Origin: Bacteroidaceae bacterium
Lineage (GTDB): Bacteria; Bacteroidota; Bacteroidia; Bacteroidales; Bacteroidaceae
Assembly (NCBI GenBank): GCA_024401225.1
Contig: JAKSLM010000006.1
Location: forward strand, 18,350 to 82,349
Length of the DNA stretch: 64,000 nucleotides
Direction: 5' to 3'
Each line of letters starts with the position of its first letter. The stretch's first letter is position 1. Under the pieces are notes generated by a model, which worked only from the letters and a program-made list of their open reading frames with translations, did no database searches and was not told the DNA's origin. Below, piece after piece: positions 46,805-55,720 of this stretch. The translations under genes were made by a program, and so were the position numbers.

Positions 46805-46893
46805 GTTTTCGTCTAATTTTATATCATTTTAGTTTCTTTGCTTGACCCAGTATCTATAATCCCCTCCCCTTATGGGGGAGGATGGGAGGGGGC
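46733..46893. repeat. pair of GC-rich 30-33 bp inverted repeats (MITE-like) spanning the trpE stop, the intergenic region and trpG codons 1-24
   Basis: 46733-46762 reads gccccctccagctcccccattaggggaggg. The reverse complement of 46861-46893 reads gccccctcccatcctcccccataaggggagggg. Each arm also contains its own small hairpin. Confidence 0.8.
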
Positions 46894-48305
46894 TAAAGCT
46901 TTTCAGCAATACTAATTGCCTTTCTTAAAGCGCCAAGTTTATGATTCACTTCCTGAAGTTCATACTCCACATCGCTCTTTGCTACGATACCGCTACCAGC
47001 CTGGAACCAGAGTTCGTTGTTTCGTGAAACGAATGTGCGGATGACGATGGCTTGGTTCAAGCTCTTGTCAAAACCGATGAAACCGATACATCCACCGTAT
47101 GCACCACGATTGTGTGGTTCATATTCCGAGATGAGTTGCATGGCACGAACCTTTGGAGCACCAGAGAGAGTACCTGCTGGGAATGTGTCGATAAATGCCT
47201 TGATAGGGTCTGCACCCTCATCAAGAGTACCACTCACACGACTCACGAGGTGAATGACATGAGAATAGAACTGCATGTCCTTGTAGAAATCTACGTGTAC
47301 TCCGTGACAATTGCGCGAGAGGTCGTTACGAGCCAAGTCAACGAGCATCACATGTTCTGCGTTCTCCTTAGGGTCGTCCTTCAGGTATTGAGCGAGAACC
47401 TTATCCTTCTCGTTGTTTCCTGTTCGAGGAGTAGTACCTGCGATTGGGTCGATGAATGCCTGATAACTATTGTCCTCCTTATGAGAGATGCGACAATGTG
47501 TCTCAGGACTTGAACCGAAGATGCGGAAACCGCCAAAGTCGAAGTAGAAGAGGTAAGGACTTGGATTGATGCTTCGCAAAGCACGATAGAGCTTGAAGTC
47601 ATCGCCCTCATACCTCTGCTTGAAACGACGAGCCAACACGATCTGGAACACATCGCCACGAAGGCAATGCTTGATGCCTCGGCGTATGTTCTCACGATGC
47701 TCATCATCTGTGATTGTTGACCAATAGTCGCCTACAGGTTTGAAGTCGTATGTCTGATAGGCACGGTTGCGACAATCACGTTCAAGTTGGTCGAGGTCGT
47801 CTTCCTCACCTTCCGAAAGGAGTTCGATGAGGATAAGGCTATTGTTGAAATGGTCGAATACGATTACATCCTTATATAATATATAGATAAGGTCGGGAGC
47901 ATCATTCTCCGCCTGAGTCTCATCCTTCACATTGATGTTCTCAAAGTAGCGAACAGCATTGAACGATGTATAGCCATAGAGACCACAATAGTTGGCGTTC
48001 TCACCTTCAATCTTGAACGAATCGATAAATTCGTTGATGAGCTGTGCCGAACCATATTCCTTTGTGATAGGATGCTCGATAATGGTGCCATCAGGATATT
48101 TCAATACTCCGATGCCGTGCTCTATGCTCACACTTGCTACCGGATGAAGGCCGATGAACGACTTGGAGTTCTCGCCTCCATGGTAGTCGCTCGACTCCAT
48201 CAGAGCCGACTGCGGATATGCATCGCGCACGCGAAGGTAGGTCGATACAGGAGTGACGAGGTCGCCAAGTATGGTCTTCGATGCTGTATGATAGTTGAAA
48301 GTCAT
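46893..48305 (-). CDS. trpE: anthranilate synthase component I
   Basis: It carries chorismate-binding enzyme motifs (LFYFDFGGF, GTLSGAPK, GAYGG). The start is set at MTFNYHTASK (48305), 4 nt after the trpB stop. The ORF-track start would overlap trpB by 56 nt. Confidence 0.92.
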   Translation of the reverse strand: MTFNYHTASKTILGDLVTPVSTYLRVRDAYPQSALMESSDYHGGENSKSFIGLHPVASVSIEHGIGVLKYPDGTIIEHPITKEYGSAQLINEFIDSFKIEGENANYCGLYGYTSFNAVRYFENINVKDETQAENDAPDLIYILYKDVIVFDHFNNSLILIELLSEGEEDDLDQLERDCRNRAYQTYDFKPVGDYWSTITDDEHRENIRRGIKHCLRGDVFQIVLARRFKQRYEGDDFKLYRALRSINPSPYLFYFDFGGFRIFGSSPETHCRISHKEDNSYQAFIDPIAGTTPRTGNNEKDKVLAQYLKDDPKENAEHVMLVDLARNDLSRNCHGVHVDFYKDMQFYSHVIHLVSRVSGTLDEGADPIKAFIDTFPAGTLSGAPKVRAMQLISEYEPHNRGAYGGCIGFIGFDKSLNQAIVIRTFVSRNNELWFQAGSGIVAKSDVEYELQEVNHKLGALRKAISIAEKL

Positions 48306-48309
48306 GGCT

Positions 48310-49509
48310 TTATTTGTATTCTTCTGGTTTGTTGTTGAGGTAAGTGTCGAGGTCTTTGTCTCCACGACCAGAAACGGTAAGAACCACTACTGTATCCTTT
48401 GTGAACTGGTCGCACACCTTAGGAAGAAGAGCAAGGGCATGCGAACTCTCAAGTGCAGGGATGATGCCTTCGAGTCGGGTGAGCTCGAATGCAGCCTTGA
48501 GTGCCTCATCATCATTGGCTGGGAGTACCTGTGCGCGTCCTGTCTCGTAGAGGTTGCAATGGATAGGGCCTGTGCCTGGGTAGTCAAGACCTGCCGATAT
48601 TGAGTATGGCTCGATGATCTGTCCATCTTCTGTCTGCATGAGCTTGATGCGGCTGCCATGCAGGATGCCTACGGTACCAATCTGCATGCTTGCTGCTGTC
48701 TCGCCAGTATCTATGCCAAGGCCACCTGCCTCGCCGAGGATGATCTTCACACGCTCGTCGTCGATGAAGTGATAGATGGTGCCAGCTGCGTTGCTTCCGC
48801 CGCCTACGCATGCCATCAGATAGTCAGGGTAGTTGCGACCTATCTTCTCTTCGAGCTGCCACTTGATTTCCTCCGAGATGACGCTCTGGAGACGAGCCAC
48901 CATGTCAGGGTAAGGGTGTGGACCTACGGTTGAACCGATGATGTAGAACGTATCGGCTGGATGGCAGCACCAATCGCGGATGGCTTCGTTGGTAGCGTCC
49001 TTCAGAGTCTTGTTGCCTGACTCTACTGGCACCACGGTAGCTCCAAGCATCTTCATGCGCTCCACGTTCACGTGCTGGCGCTTCACGTCGAGTGCACCTT
49101 GGTATACGGTACAAGGCATGTTCATCAGCGCACATGCTGTAGCAGTTGCAACACCATGCTGTCCGGCTCCTGTTTCTGCGATGATGCGCTTCTTGCCCAT
49201 CTTCTTTGCAAGCAGGATTTGTCCAAGTGCGTTGTTGATCTTGTGAGCACCCGTATGGTTGAGGTCTTCGCGCTTCAGGTAGAGCTGGCATCCGTACTTC
49301 TCGCTCATGCGTTTAGCATAGTAGAGTGGGGATGGGCGTCCTACATAGTCCTTCAGGAGGGCGTAGTATTCGTCATGAAATTCCTGACTCTCTATGATAG
49401 GGAGGTAAGCCTTCTTCAGGTCCTCTACAGTCTTGTAAAGGATCTCAGGAATGTATGCTCCTCCAAACTGGCCGTAAAAGCCGTTTTCGTCTACATTGTA
49501 AGTTGTCAT
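48310..49509 (-). CDS. trpB: tryptophan synthase beta chain
   Basis: It carries [16 protein letters not shown] (PLP lysine) and GGGSNA, and is 399 aa. Confidence 0.96.
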   Translation of the reverse strand: MTTYNVDENGFYGQFGGAYIPEILYKTVEDLKKAYLPIIESQEFHDEYYALLKDYVGRPSPLYYAKRMSEKYGCQLYLKREDLNHTGAHKINNALGQILLAKKMGKKRIIAETGAGQHGVATATACALMNMPCTVYQGALDVKRQHVNVERMKMLGATVVPVESGNKTLKDATNEAIRDWCCHPADTFYIIGSTVGPHPYPDMVARLQSVISEEIKWQLEEKIGRNYPDYLMACVGGGSNAAGTIYHFIDDERVKIILGEAGGLGIDTGETAASMQIGTVGILHGSRIKLMQTEDGQIIEPYSISAGLDYPGTGPIHCNLYETGRAQVLPANDDEALKAAFELTRLEGIIPALESSHALALLPKVCDQFTKDTVVVLTVSGRGDKDLDTYLNNKPEEYK

Positions 49510-49533
49510 ATTGTGTTGTATTTGTTATTATCT

Positions 49534-49573
49534 AAAAAAAGTAAGAAGCCCATCGTAAGTACGACAGGCTTCT
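49534..49573 (-). terminator. attenuator-type intrinsic terminator in the trp leader
   Basis: The minus strand reads AGAAGCC-tgtcgtacttacgatg-GGCTTCT followed by tacTTTTTTT. It lies 25 nt upstream of the trpB ATG and downstream of the leader ORF. Confidence 0.65.
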
Positions 49574-49628
49574 GTTATTTCTATGCTATGTTACTATTGG
49601 CTTTGCATAGGGGCAAGAGGCATTTGAC

Positions 49629-49688
49629 TTACGATTTTATGAATCCCAAGCTCTGCCAACGCCAATATGTATTATAGTTTCTTTTCAT
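49629..49688 (-). CDS. trpL: trp operon leader peptide (19 aa, MKRNYNTYWRWQSLGFIKS)
   Basis: This short ORF has two Trp codons (W9, W11). It sits between a -7 box and the terminator hairpin. The Trp-codon segment UAUUGGCGUUGGC can pair with the downstream GCAAAGCCAAUA. Confidence 0.6.
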   Translation of the reverse strand: MKRNYNTYWRWQSLGFIKS

Positions 49689-49696
49689 ATCGATTG

Positions 49697-49704
49697 CAAA
49701 ATTA
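49697..49704 (-). promoter_or_regulatory. -7 box TAATTTTG upstream of the trp leader
   Basis: The plus strand reads caaaatta. It lies very close (9 nt) to the leader ATG, so the transcription start or the leader start is uncertain. Confidence 0.35.
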
Positions 49705-49746
49705 CGACAAATATTGCAAATAGACAAGTAAAATGAAGAAAAAATG

Positions 49747-50526
49747 TTATTTTACAAGTATTTTCTTTCCTTTTATGACATAAACACCAGGGTTGAGGGC
49801 ATTGATAGCGTCCGAAGTAACCTTCGATGCCACCTTTGTGCCGCCTATGCTGTACACGTCAACCTTCTCGTTGCCCTTCACGATCTGCTTGATCGATGTG
49901 ACGTCGTTAGCGCCGATGTGGTTGGTCTTGAGCATCTGCGAATTGCCGTTCGACAGTTCGATGTAGCAGCGGGTAGCGTAGAATCCGTTTGTTGCGTCGT
50001 TGACGTTAACGAATGTAGCCTCGCCATTATCCTTTGCAAGAATGCCGTAGAGGCCAGCCGACTGAGTCTGCTTGTGAGCTGTAGCGAAAGTCACGGTCTC
50101 TCCGCTCTGCGAAGTGAATGCAATCTTAGCGTCGCCCTTGATCACCTTTGCTTCCTTGGCAACGAAAGTCTTGCTTGCGTTCTCGCCTGTGTAATATAAT
50201 ATATAAGGTGTATTGGCTTTCAGTCCTTCACCCTTTGCATCCTTGAAGTTAAGCTTGAGGTCGGCACCATCGTTCTCCACGCCTACGAGGGTCTCGAGTC
50301 GGCAGTCCTGACCGAACACTTCGTTGAGCTGTGCCTCAGTCACGTCGAATGGCAGAGAGATGGTGTTCCAACCTGTGAACACGTAGCGCGACACAGTCAC
50401 GTCCATCACCTTACCGTCGTACTTTGCGATGTCTGTTCCGCTGTAAGTGCTAAGCGAAAGCTTCGACTGAGCTGACATCGAGAGCGATGTAGCTGCCAAT
50501 GCTGCAATGAGTAAAATCTTCTTCAT
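49747..50526 (-). CDS. secreted protein with a T9SS C-terminal sorting domain
   Basis: It has a signal peptide (MKKILLIAALAATSLSMSAQ) and a C-terminus (KVDVYSIGGTKVASKVTSDAINALNPGVYVIKGKKILVK) typical of a type A T9SS CTD. I do not recognise the passenger domain. Confidence 0.6.
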   Translation of the reverse strand: MKKILLIAALAATSLSMSAQSKLSLSTYSGTDIAKYDGKVMDVTVSRYVFTGWNTISLPFDVTEAQLNEVFGQDCRLETLVGVENDGADLKLNFKDAKGEGLKANTPYILYYTGENASKTFVAKEAKVIKGDAKIAFTSQSGETVTFATAHKQTQSAGLYGILAKDNGEATFVNVNDATNGFYATRCYIELSNGNSQMLKTNHIGANDVTSIKQIVKGNEKVDVYSIGGTKVASKVTSDAINALNPGVYVIKGKKILVK

Positions 50527-50617
50527 AATCTATCGTTTCCGTTTTGTTGTTGTATAATAGAATTTGTTTGCTTGCAAATGTACGGCATTTTTGTCAAACT
50601 GCCAAATAAAATTGCAT

Positions 50618-51613
50618 TTATTTCTTCATCGCCTTTACTATACGTCCCGTGTAGGCAGTATGAAGGCCGGCAGGGAAGTTGGAATACATGTTCTTTGGCA
50701 CATCGTCCTTGAAGCGTGAAGGATCGAATGTGGCAGAGTACATGATCTTGCATTCTATCATCGAAGTGGCTTCTGCATAGTATGGAGTGCCATTCTCGGT
50801 GTAGAGGATGGTGAGTCCACATTCCTTAGCCTTGTCCATGTCGCGTCCGCTCTTGCTTCCCATCACGCCAAGCACGTTCATGTCATCGAACGACATGATA
50901 GTGAAGTACTCAGCCTTCTCCATAAACTCGTGAGTGTAGCGTCCTTGAGCTACATAAACGGTTGCAACCGATTGTCCCCACAAGGTGCCCAGGTCGCCCC
51001 ATCCGATGGCCATGGCATTGCTCTTCTCCTTGTTGCCTGCGCAGAGCACGAGTCCGCCTCGGCGATTGAAGAAGTGGAATGGATCTGTGCCTACCACCTC
51101 CTCAGGCTTGCATACTGTCAGTTGTGTAGCCTTGGCAGGTGCTGTGGTAGTAGTCTTGGCGTTTGCTTCAGTAGTCTTTGCGCTTGCTGTTGACTTTGTC
51201 CTTGCCGATGCGTTCTTGCTTGCGCCTGTTGCAGCCTTTGTAGTCGTTTTGCCATTCTGTACTGATGCCAATCCGCGGCGCATGGTGTTGATGATTGCAT
51301 TCGACGAGTAGGTAGCACCAGTCACACCATCCACCTTCATGGTGCTCGCCTCCTTCACAGTCTTTCCGTTCCATGCTGTGAGCAGCTTTGATGCCTTCTG
51401 GAAGTATGATGATGTCTCGCCATTCCTCAGCGCAACCACCTTCTGCACCTTTCCGTCCTTGAGGTGTATTTCCAAAGGCACAGGGCCGTTGAAGCCCTTA
51501 ATGTCCGATGCCATATCGGTGGTATTGATCACGGTTGTCTGTCCATAAGCGTTGCCTGTAAATGCCATCATGACTGAGGCAAGCAAGCATAGAATAAGTG
51601 TTCTTTTCTGCAT
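50618..51613 (-). CDS. exported FMN_bind domain fused to a flavin-reductase-like (split-barrel) domain
   Basis: It has a signal peptide, an FMN_bind motif (VDGVTGATYSS), a Thr/Ala/Lys-rich linker and then a flavin-reductase-like segment (NAMAIGWGDLGTLWG...). The start is set at MQKRTLILC. Confidence 0.65.
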   Translation of the reverse strand: MQKRTLILCLLASVMMAFTGNAYGQTTVINTTDMASDIKGFNGPVPLEIHLKDGKVQKVVALRNGETSSYFQKASKLLTAWNGKTVKEASTMKVDGVTGATYSSNAIINTMRRGLASVQNGKTTTKAATGASKNASARTKSTASAKTTEANAKTTTTAPAKATQLTVCKPEEVVGTDPFHFFNRRGGLVLCAGNKEKSNAMAIGWGDLGTLWGQSVATVYVAQGRYTHEFMEKAEYFTIMSFDDMNVLGVMGSKSGRDMDKAKECGLTILYTENGTPYYAEATSMIECKIMYSATFDPSRFKDDVPKNMYSNFPAGLHTAYTGRIVKAMKK

Positions 51614-51643
51614 TTTTCTTCTTTGTTTAATTAATATTTTGTG

Positions 51644-51651
51644 CAAAGATA
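51644..51651 (-). promoter_or_regulatory. -7 box TATCTTTG upstream of the FMN_bind fusion gene
   Basis: The plus strand reads caaagata, 31 nt upstream of the ATG at 51613. Confidence 0.45.
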
Positions 51652-51730
51652 AGCCGATTATATTGAAAGACAAAATTTATTTCGATGAAACTTTTATCTA
51701 TTTTTATTTGGAAGTAATGAAAAGATATCG

Positions 51731-51738
51731 TATATTTG
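51731..51738 (+). promoter_or_regulatory. -7 box TATATTTG upstream of the histidine kinase
   Basis: It matches the consensus and lies 31 nt upstream of the ATG at 51769. Confidence 0.45.
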
Positions 51739-51768
51739 CAAAAAATCTGACAAAAACACACCAAACTT

Positions 51769-53628
51769 ATGCTTTTAAACTACTATTCAGCCATAGGACT
51801 TCTTGCAATTTGCATCTACTTGATAATTAACTACAGCTATTTCAAACATGAAGATGTACGTGAGGAATACAAGGAATACAAGACTTTCCTTCGTGTCGTA
51901 TTGCTCTATTTCGTGAACGATGTACTATGGGGAATATTCAGCGAGATGAACAACATCATCTTGCTCTATGGTGCTACTGTACTCTATTTCATCACCATGG
52001 CGTTTACCGTCGTGTGCTGTTGCCGTTACATCACCTCCTTCCTGAAGCTGAACAATCGTACGGGCAAGATAATCAATACCTTTGGTCTTGCCTTCGCATT
52101 CATGGAGATAGTAGTTCTGATCATCAACCATTTTCACCACATCTTCTTCTGGTTTGACGAAACGGGTGCTTATCAGGCATTCATGTTCCGTGATATTGCC
52201 CATGCAATACAGGTGCTCATGTATGGTACCATTTCCGCCATGTCCCTCGTGAAGGCACTTAGATCGATCAATGTTGTTAGGCGTAGAAACATGAACATAT
52301 TCCTGTGCGCCTTGTGCATGACATCTGCCATCATCTTACAAACCATATTCCCATTCGTGCCTCTCTATACCATTGGTCTCTTGCTTGGTATCCTGATTGT
52401 GAAGGTATTCATCTATAATGAGGAACAGATGGCACAAATGAAACGGATTGAACAACTCAACATCGAACTTCGTAACGAACAATCCGAATTGCACAGGCAG
52501 AAGGACGAGATTGCATCAGCCTTTGGCATCATAGACGTACTGAGTCATGACTTCCACACCATCTGGCTTGCCAACAAGGACGATATGAAGATTCGCCTCG
52601 TGCGCGACATCAACAAGACTGCCAGCGCAGGAGCCGTGCAGATGGGCTTGCAGAATGCAGACTACAGCCAGGTGATGAAGATGTACATCCATAAGTATGT
52701 GGCAGAAGAAGACCGTCAGCGCCTCCTCGAATTGGGAAGCCCGGAAGTGGTGTTGCAGAAGCTCAGCGAATCCGACTACTATGCCCTCAACTTCACCCGC
52801 CTCAAGGAAGACGGTTCGACCGACTATTGTCAGGTGGCATTTGCCAACGTGAATACAGATGGAGGTAGAAACCGATTCTCGCTCGGATTCCGCAACATAG
52901 ACGAAATGCTCAAGCAGAAACTTGAACTCGAGCGCAACATTGCAGCAAACGAAGCCAAGACCAAGTTCCTTCACAACATGAGTCACGAGATACGTACACC
53001 GCTCAATGCCATGTTCGGTTTCTCGCAGTTGCTAGGCATGCCTGACGGATCATGGACAGACGAAGAAAAAACGCAGTACAACCAGTACATCTACAACAGC
53101 TACGTTATGCTCGAGATGCTCATCAACGACATTCTCGATATTGCCGACTCCGAGCATGGCAACTACCGCATCGAGCTCTCAGCCGTCAATGTCAACGAAG
53201 CTGCCCGTGCAGCTCTGATGCTCGTGGAGTTCCGTGTGCCAGATGGTGTGCAGCTCAACTTCACCACCGACTTCTCCGACGAATATGTAATCCGATCGGA
53301 CAAGCGTCGCATCCAGCAGCTCCTCATCAACTACCTCACCAATGCCTGCAAGAACACAGAGAAGGGCGAGATTCATCTGCATTGCTCCAAGACCGAGCAT
53401 CCAGGCAAAATCACCTTCTCAGTTAAGGATACAGGCCGTGGAGTTCCTAAGGACAAAGCCGACCTCATCTTCAATCGTTTCACCAAGCTCAACAGCAACA
53501 TTCAAGGCTCAGGCCTTGGCCTCAACATCTGTCAGACCATTGCCGAAAAACTCGATGGTGAAGTCTATCTCGACAAGACCTACACCAACGGTGCCCGCTT
53601 CGTCTTTGTTGTTGAGGATAAACAATAG
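51769..53628 (+). CDS. membrane sensor histidine kinase (orphan; no adjacent response regulator)
   Basis: It has about 6-7 N-terminal TM helices, a coiled coil, a central sensory region, HisKA (FLHNMSHEIRTPLNAM) and HATPase_c (N, G1 DTGRG and G2 GSGLGL boxes). Confidence 0.85.
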   Translation: MLLNYYSAIGLLAICIYLIINYSYFKHEDVREEYKEYKTFLRVVLLYFVNDVLWGIFSEMNNIILLYGATVLYFITMAFTVVCCCRYITSFLKLNNRTGKIINTFGLAFAFMEIVVLIINHFHHIFFWFDETGAYQAFMFRDIAHAIQVLMYGTISAMSLVKALRSINVVRRRNMNIFLCALCMTSAIILQTIFPFVPLYTIGLLLGILIVKVFIYNEEQMAQMKRIEQLNIELRNEQSELHRQKDEIASAFGIIDVLSHDFHTIWLANKDDMKIRLVRDINKTASAGAVQMGLQNADYSQVMKMYIHKYVAEEDRQRLLELGSPEVVLQKLSESDYYALNFTRLKEDGSTDYCQVAFANVNTDGGRNRFSLGFRNIDEMLKQKLELERNIAANEAKTKFLHNMSHEIRTPLNAMFGFSQLLGMPDGSWTDEEKTQYNQYIYNSYVMLEMLINDILDIADSEHGNYRIELSAVNVNEAARAALMLVEFRVPDGVQLNFTTDFSDEYVIRSDKRRIQQLLINYLTNACKNTEKGEIHLHCSKTEHPGKITFSVKDTGRGVPKDKADLIFNRFTKLNSNIQGSGLGLNICQTIAEKLDGEVYLDKTYTNGARFVFVVEDKQ

Positions 53629-53660
53629 AAAGTTAAAAAGGAGAATCGATAGTTGCAAAG

Positions 53661-55664
53661 TTACTTATTGATCTCTTTTAAGAAACCGTTACGGTAGGCG
53701 TAGAGAAGTTTTTTGAGGTTCTCGACTTTTGCTTTTAGAATCTGGCCCTTGTCGGTGTCCTTGACGTAGAGACGTTGGCTGTTGAGTTCGACGATTTGTG
53801 TGGAGCTCTTGATGTCGGTACCAGTCTGAATGGCATCCTCTGATGATAGAAATGGCTGGTGGGCTACGAGTTCGAGACCACGAGAGTGGAAGGTGAGGGT
53901 GTAGCCTGCAATGCCTGTTTTGGGTTGATAGGCCTTGGAGAATCCACCATCGATGACGAGGAGTTTGCCGTTGGCCTTGATTGGTGTCTCGCCTTTGAGT
54001 GTGCGAACTGGCACATGACCGTTGATGATGTGACGGTCCTTTCCAGTCACTCCGAAGGCATCAAGGATCATGTCGATGACGCGTTCATCGTTGTTATATA
54101 GATAGTAGTAACCTTTTGCTTCTGTATGCGTTGTTTTGTCTTTTATGAAGTAACGCTCGAATGTGGTCATCTTATCTTTGTCGAAGAGTGGCGAGTCCTT
54201 GCCGCACCATAGGTACCAGATGTAGTCGGAGGCGTAGAGGCGTTCTTCATCGCTCACATCGTTGCTGAATGCTTTGCGTACGAGGTGACCTGTCTTCTTC
54301 ATGAGTTCGAGTCCTTTGTACTTTTTACCATCAATCTCTACTTCCTTGAGTGTGCCGTCCTCATTGAGAGGTACGGAGGCATGGAACATGAGGTTGGAAT
54401 TGGCAATGGAGTACATGCATCCATGGGCAAGGAGGCAGTCGACATCGCGCTGGAGCTTCTCGCTTGTGAGGAAGGAGTGCTCGAGTTTGCGCATAAGGGC
54501 TTCTTCCTCCATGGTGAGTGCGTTAGGATCGGATGTGATGAGGGTTGGAAGTGAGGTGTCGGTCATCTCATAAGGCTGACCATCAATGGTGCATGTACCC
54601 GAGGCAAGGTCGATGCCTTCCAGAAGCTTTCGATGATCCATGTGATATTCAGGTCGGCGATTGATGATGCGAGCTTCTTCCTTGAACTGGATGATGGTGA
54701 TGGCCTTGTGCATTTGCGCTACGAGACGGTTGAACTTGGCGTCGGTCTTTTCTTGATCGTTGACATCAAGGAAGCAGAAGTTTGTACAAGGATCATCGGC
54801 ATAGGTCTCCATTGCAAAGGTAGCAAGAGGAAGAAGGCTGATGCCATAGCCATCCTCGAGAGTAGCCATATTGCCATAGCGAAGGGATAGGCGAAGTACG
54901 TTGCAAATGCAAGCACGATTGCCAGCTGCTGCGCCAAACCAATCAATATCGTGATTACCCCACACAATATCAAAGTTGTGATAGTTGCGGAGGGTTTGCA
55001 TGATGAGGTGCGCTCCAGGTCCACGGTCGAAGATGTCGCCAAGTAGATGCAGACGGTCGATAGCAAGGCGCTGGATAAGGTTAGCCATAGCTATGATGAA
55101 CTCGTCGGCACGCTGCGTCTCGATTATCGTGTCGATAATCATGTTGTAGTACTGATACTTTGTGTCGGATATGCTTGGTGACTCATGGAGGAGTTCTTCG
55201 ATTATGTACCCAAACTCTGGTGGGAGCACTTTGCGTATCTTGGAGCGGGTATATTTGCTGCTGACTTCGCGGCATACCTTGATGAGCTGATTGAGCGTAA
55301 TGACATAGAAATCCTGCAAGTATGGCTCCTGTGCCTTGATAAGACGCAGTTTTTGCTCAGGGTAGTATATGAGGGTGCAAAGTTCCTTCTTCTCATAATT
55401 GCGAAGTGTGTTGCCAAATATTTCATCGACTTTTCGCTTCACATAGCCAGAGGCATTGCGTAGCACGTGATTGAAGGCCTCACTCTCACCATGCGGATCG
55501 CTGATGAAATGTTCGGTAGGCTTTGGCAGGTTGAGTATGGCCTCAAGATTGATAATCTCAGCACTGGCGTCTGCAATGTTGGGATATGATTGTGAGAGGA
55601 GTTGAAGGTAACGAAGATCGTCCTTGATGGATTCTTCTGAAAGCATGTTTTCGTTGGTTTTCAT
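53661..55664 (-). CDS. fbp: fructose-1,6-bisphosphatase class 3
   Basis: It has metallophosphoesterase motifs (HLLGDIFDRGP, VWGNHD) within a roughly 665-aa FBPase III architecture. The start is set at MKTNENML. Confidence 0.9.
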   Translation of the reverse strand: MKTNENMLSEESIKDDLRYLQLLSQSYPNIADASAEIINLEAILNLPKPTEHFISDPHGESEAFNHVLRNASGYVKRKVDEIFGNTLRNYEKKELCTLIYYPEQKLRLIKAQEPYLQDFYVITLNQLIKVCREVSSKYTRSKIRKVLPPEFGYIIEELLHESPSISDTKYQYYNMIIDTIIETQRADEFIIAMANLIQRLAIDRLHLLGDIFDRGPGAHLIMQTLRNYHNFDIVWGNHDIDWFGAAAGNRACICNVLRLSLRYGNMATLEDGYGISLLPLATFAMETYADDPCTNFCFLDVNDQEKTDAKFNRLVAQMHKAITIIQFKEEARIINRRPEYHMDHRKLLEGIDLASGTCTIDGQPYEMTDTSLPTLITSDPNALTMEEEALMRKLEHSFLTSEKLQRDVDCLLAHGCMYSIANSNLMFHASVPLNEDGTLKEVEIDGKKYKGLELMKKTGHLVRKAFSNDVSDEERLYASDYIWYLWCGKDSPLFDKDKMTTFERYFIKDKTTHTEAKGYYYLYNNDERVIDMILDAFGVTGKDRHIINGHVPVRTLKGETPIKANGKLLVIDGGFSKAYQPKTGIAGYTLTFHSRGLELVAHQPFLSSEDAIQTGTDIKSSTQIVELNSQRLYVKDTDKGQILKAKVENLKKLLYAYRNGFLKEINK

Positions 55665-55720
55665 GGCTAAAGGATAGAGAAGAGTGAAGATACATCTCTT
55701 CACTCTTCTATTTGTTCACT

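Noticed and set aside
48306-48365. Upstream start of trpE ([11 protein letters not shown]...), which overlaps trpB by 56 nt
   Set aside because: The low-complexity Thr/Ser extension is not part of conserved TrpE. ATG 48305 lies 4 nt after the trpB stop and gives a standard N-terminus.
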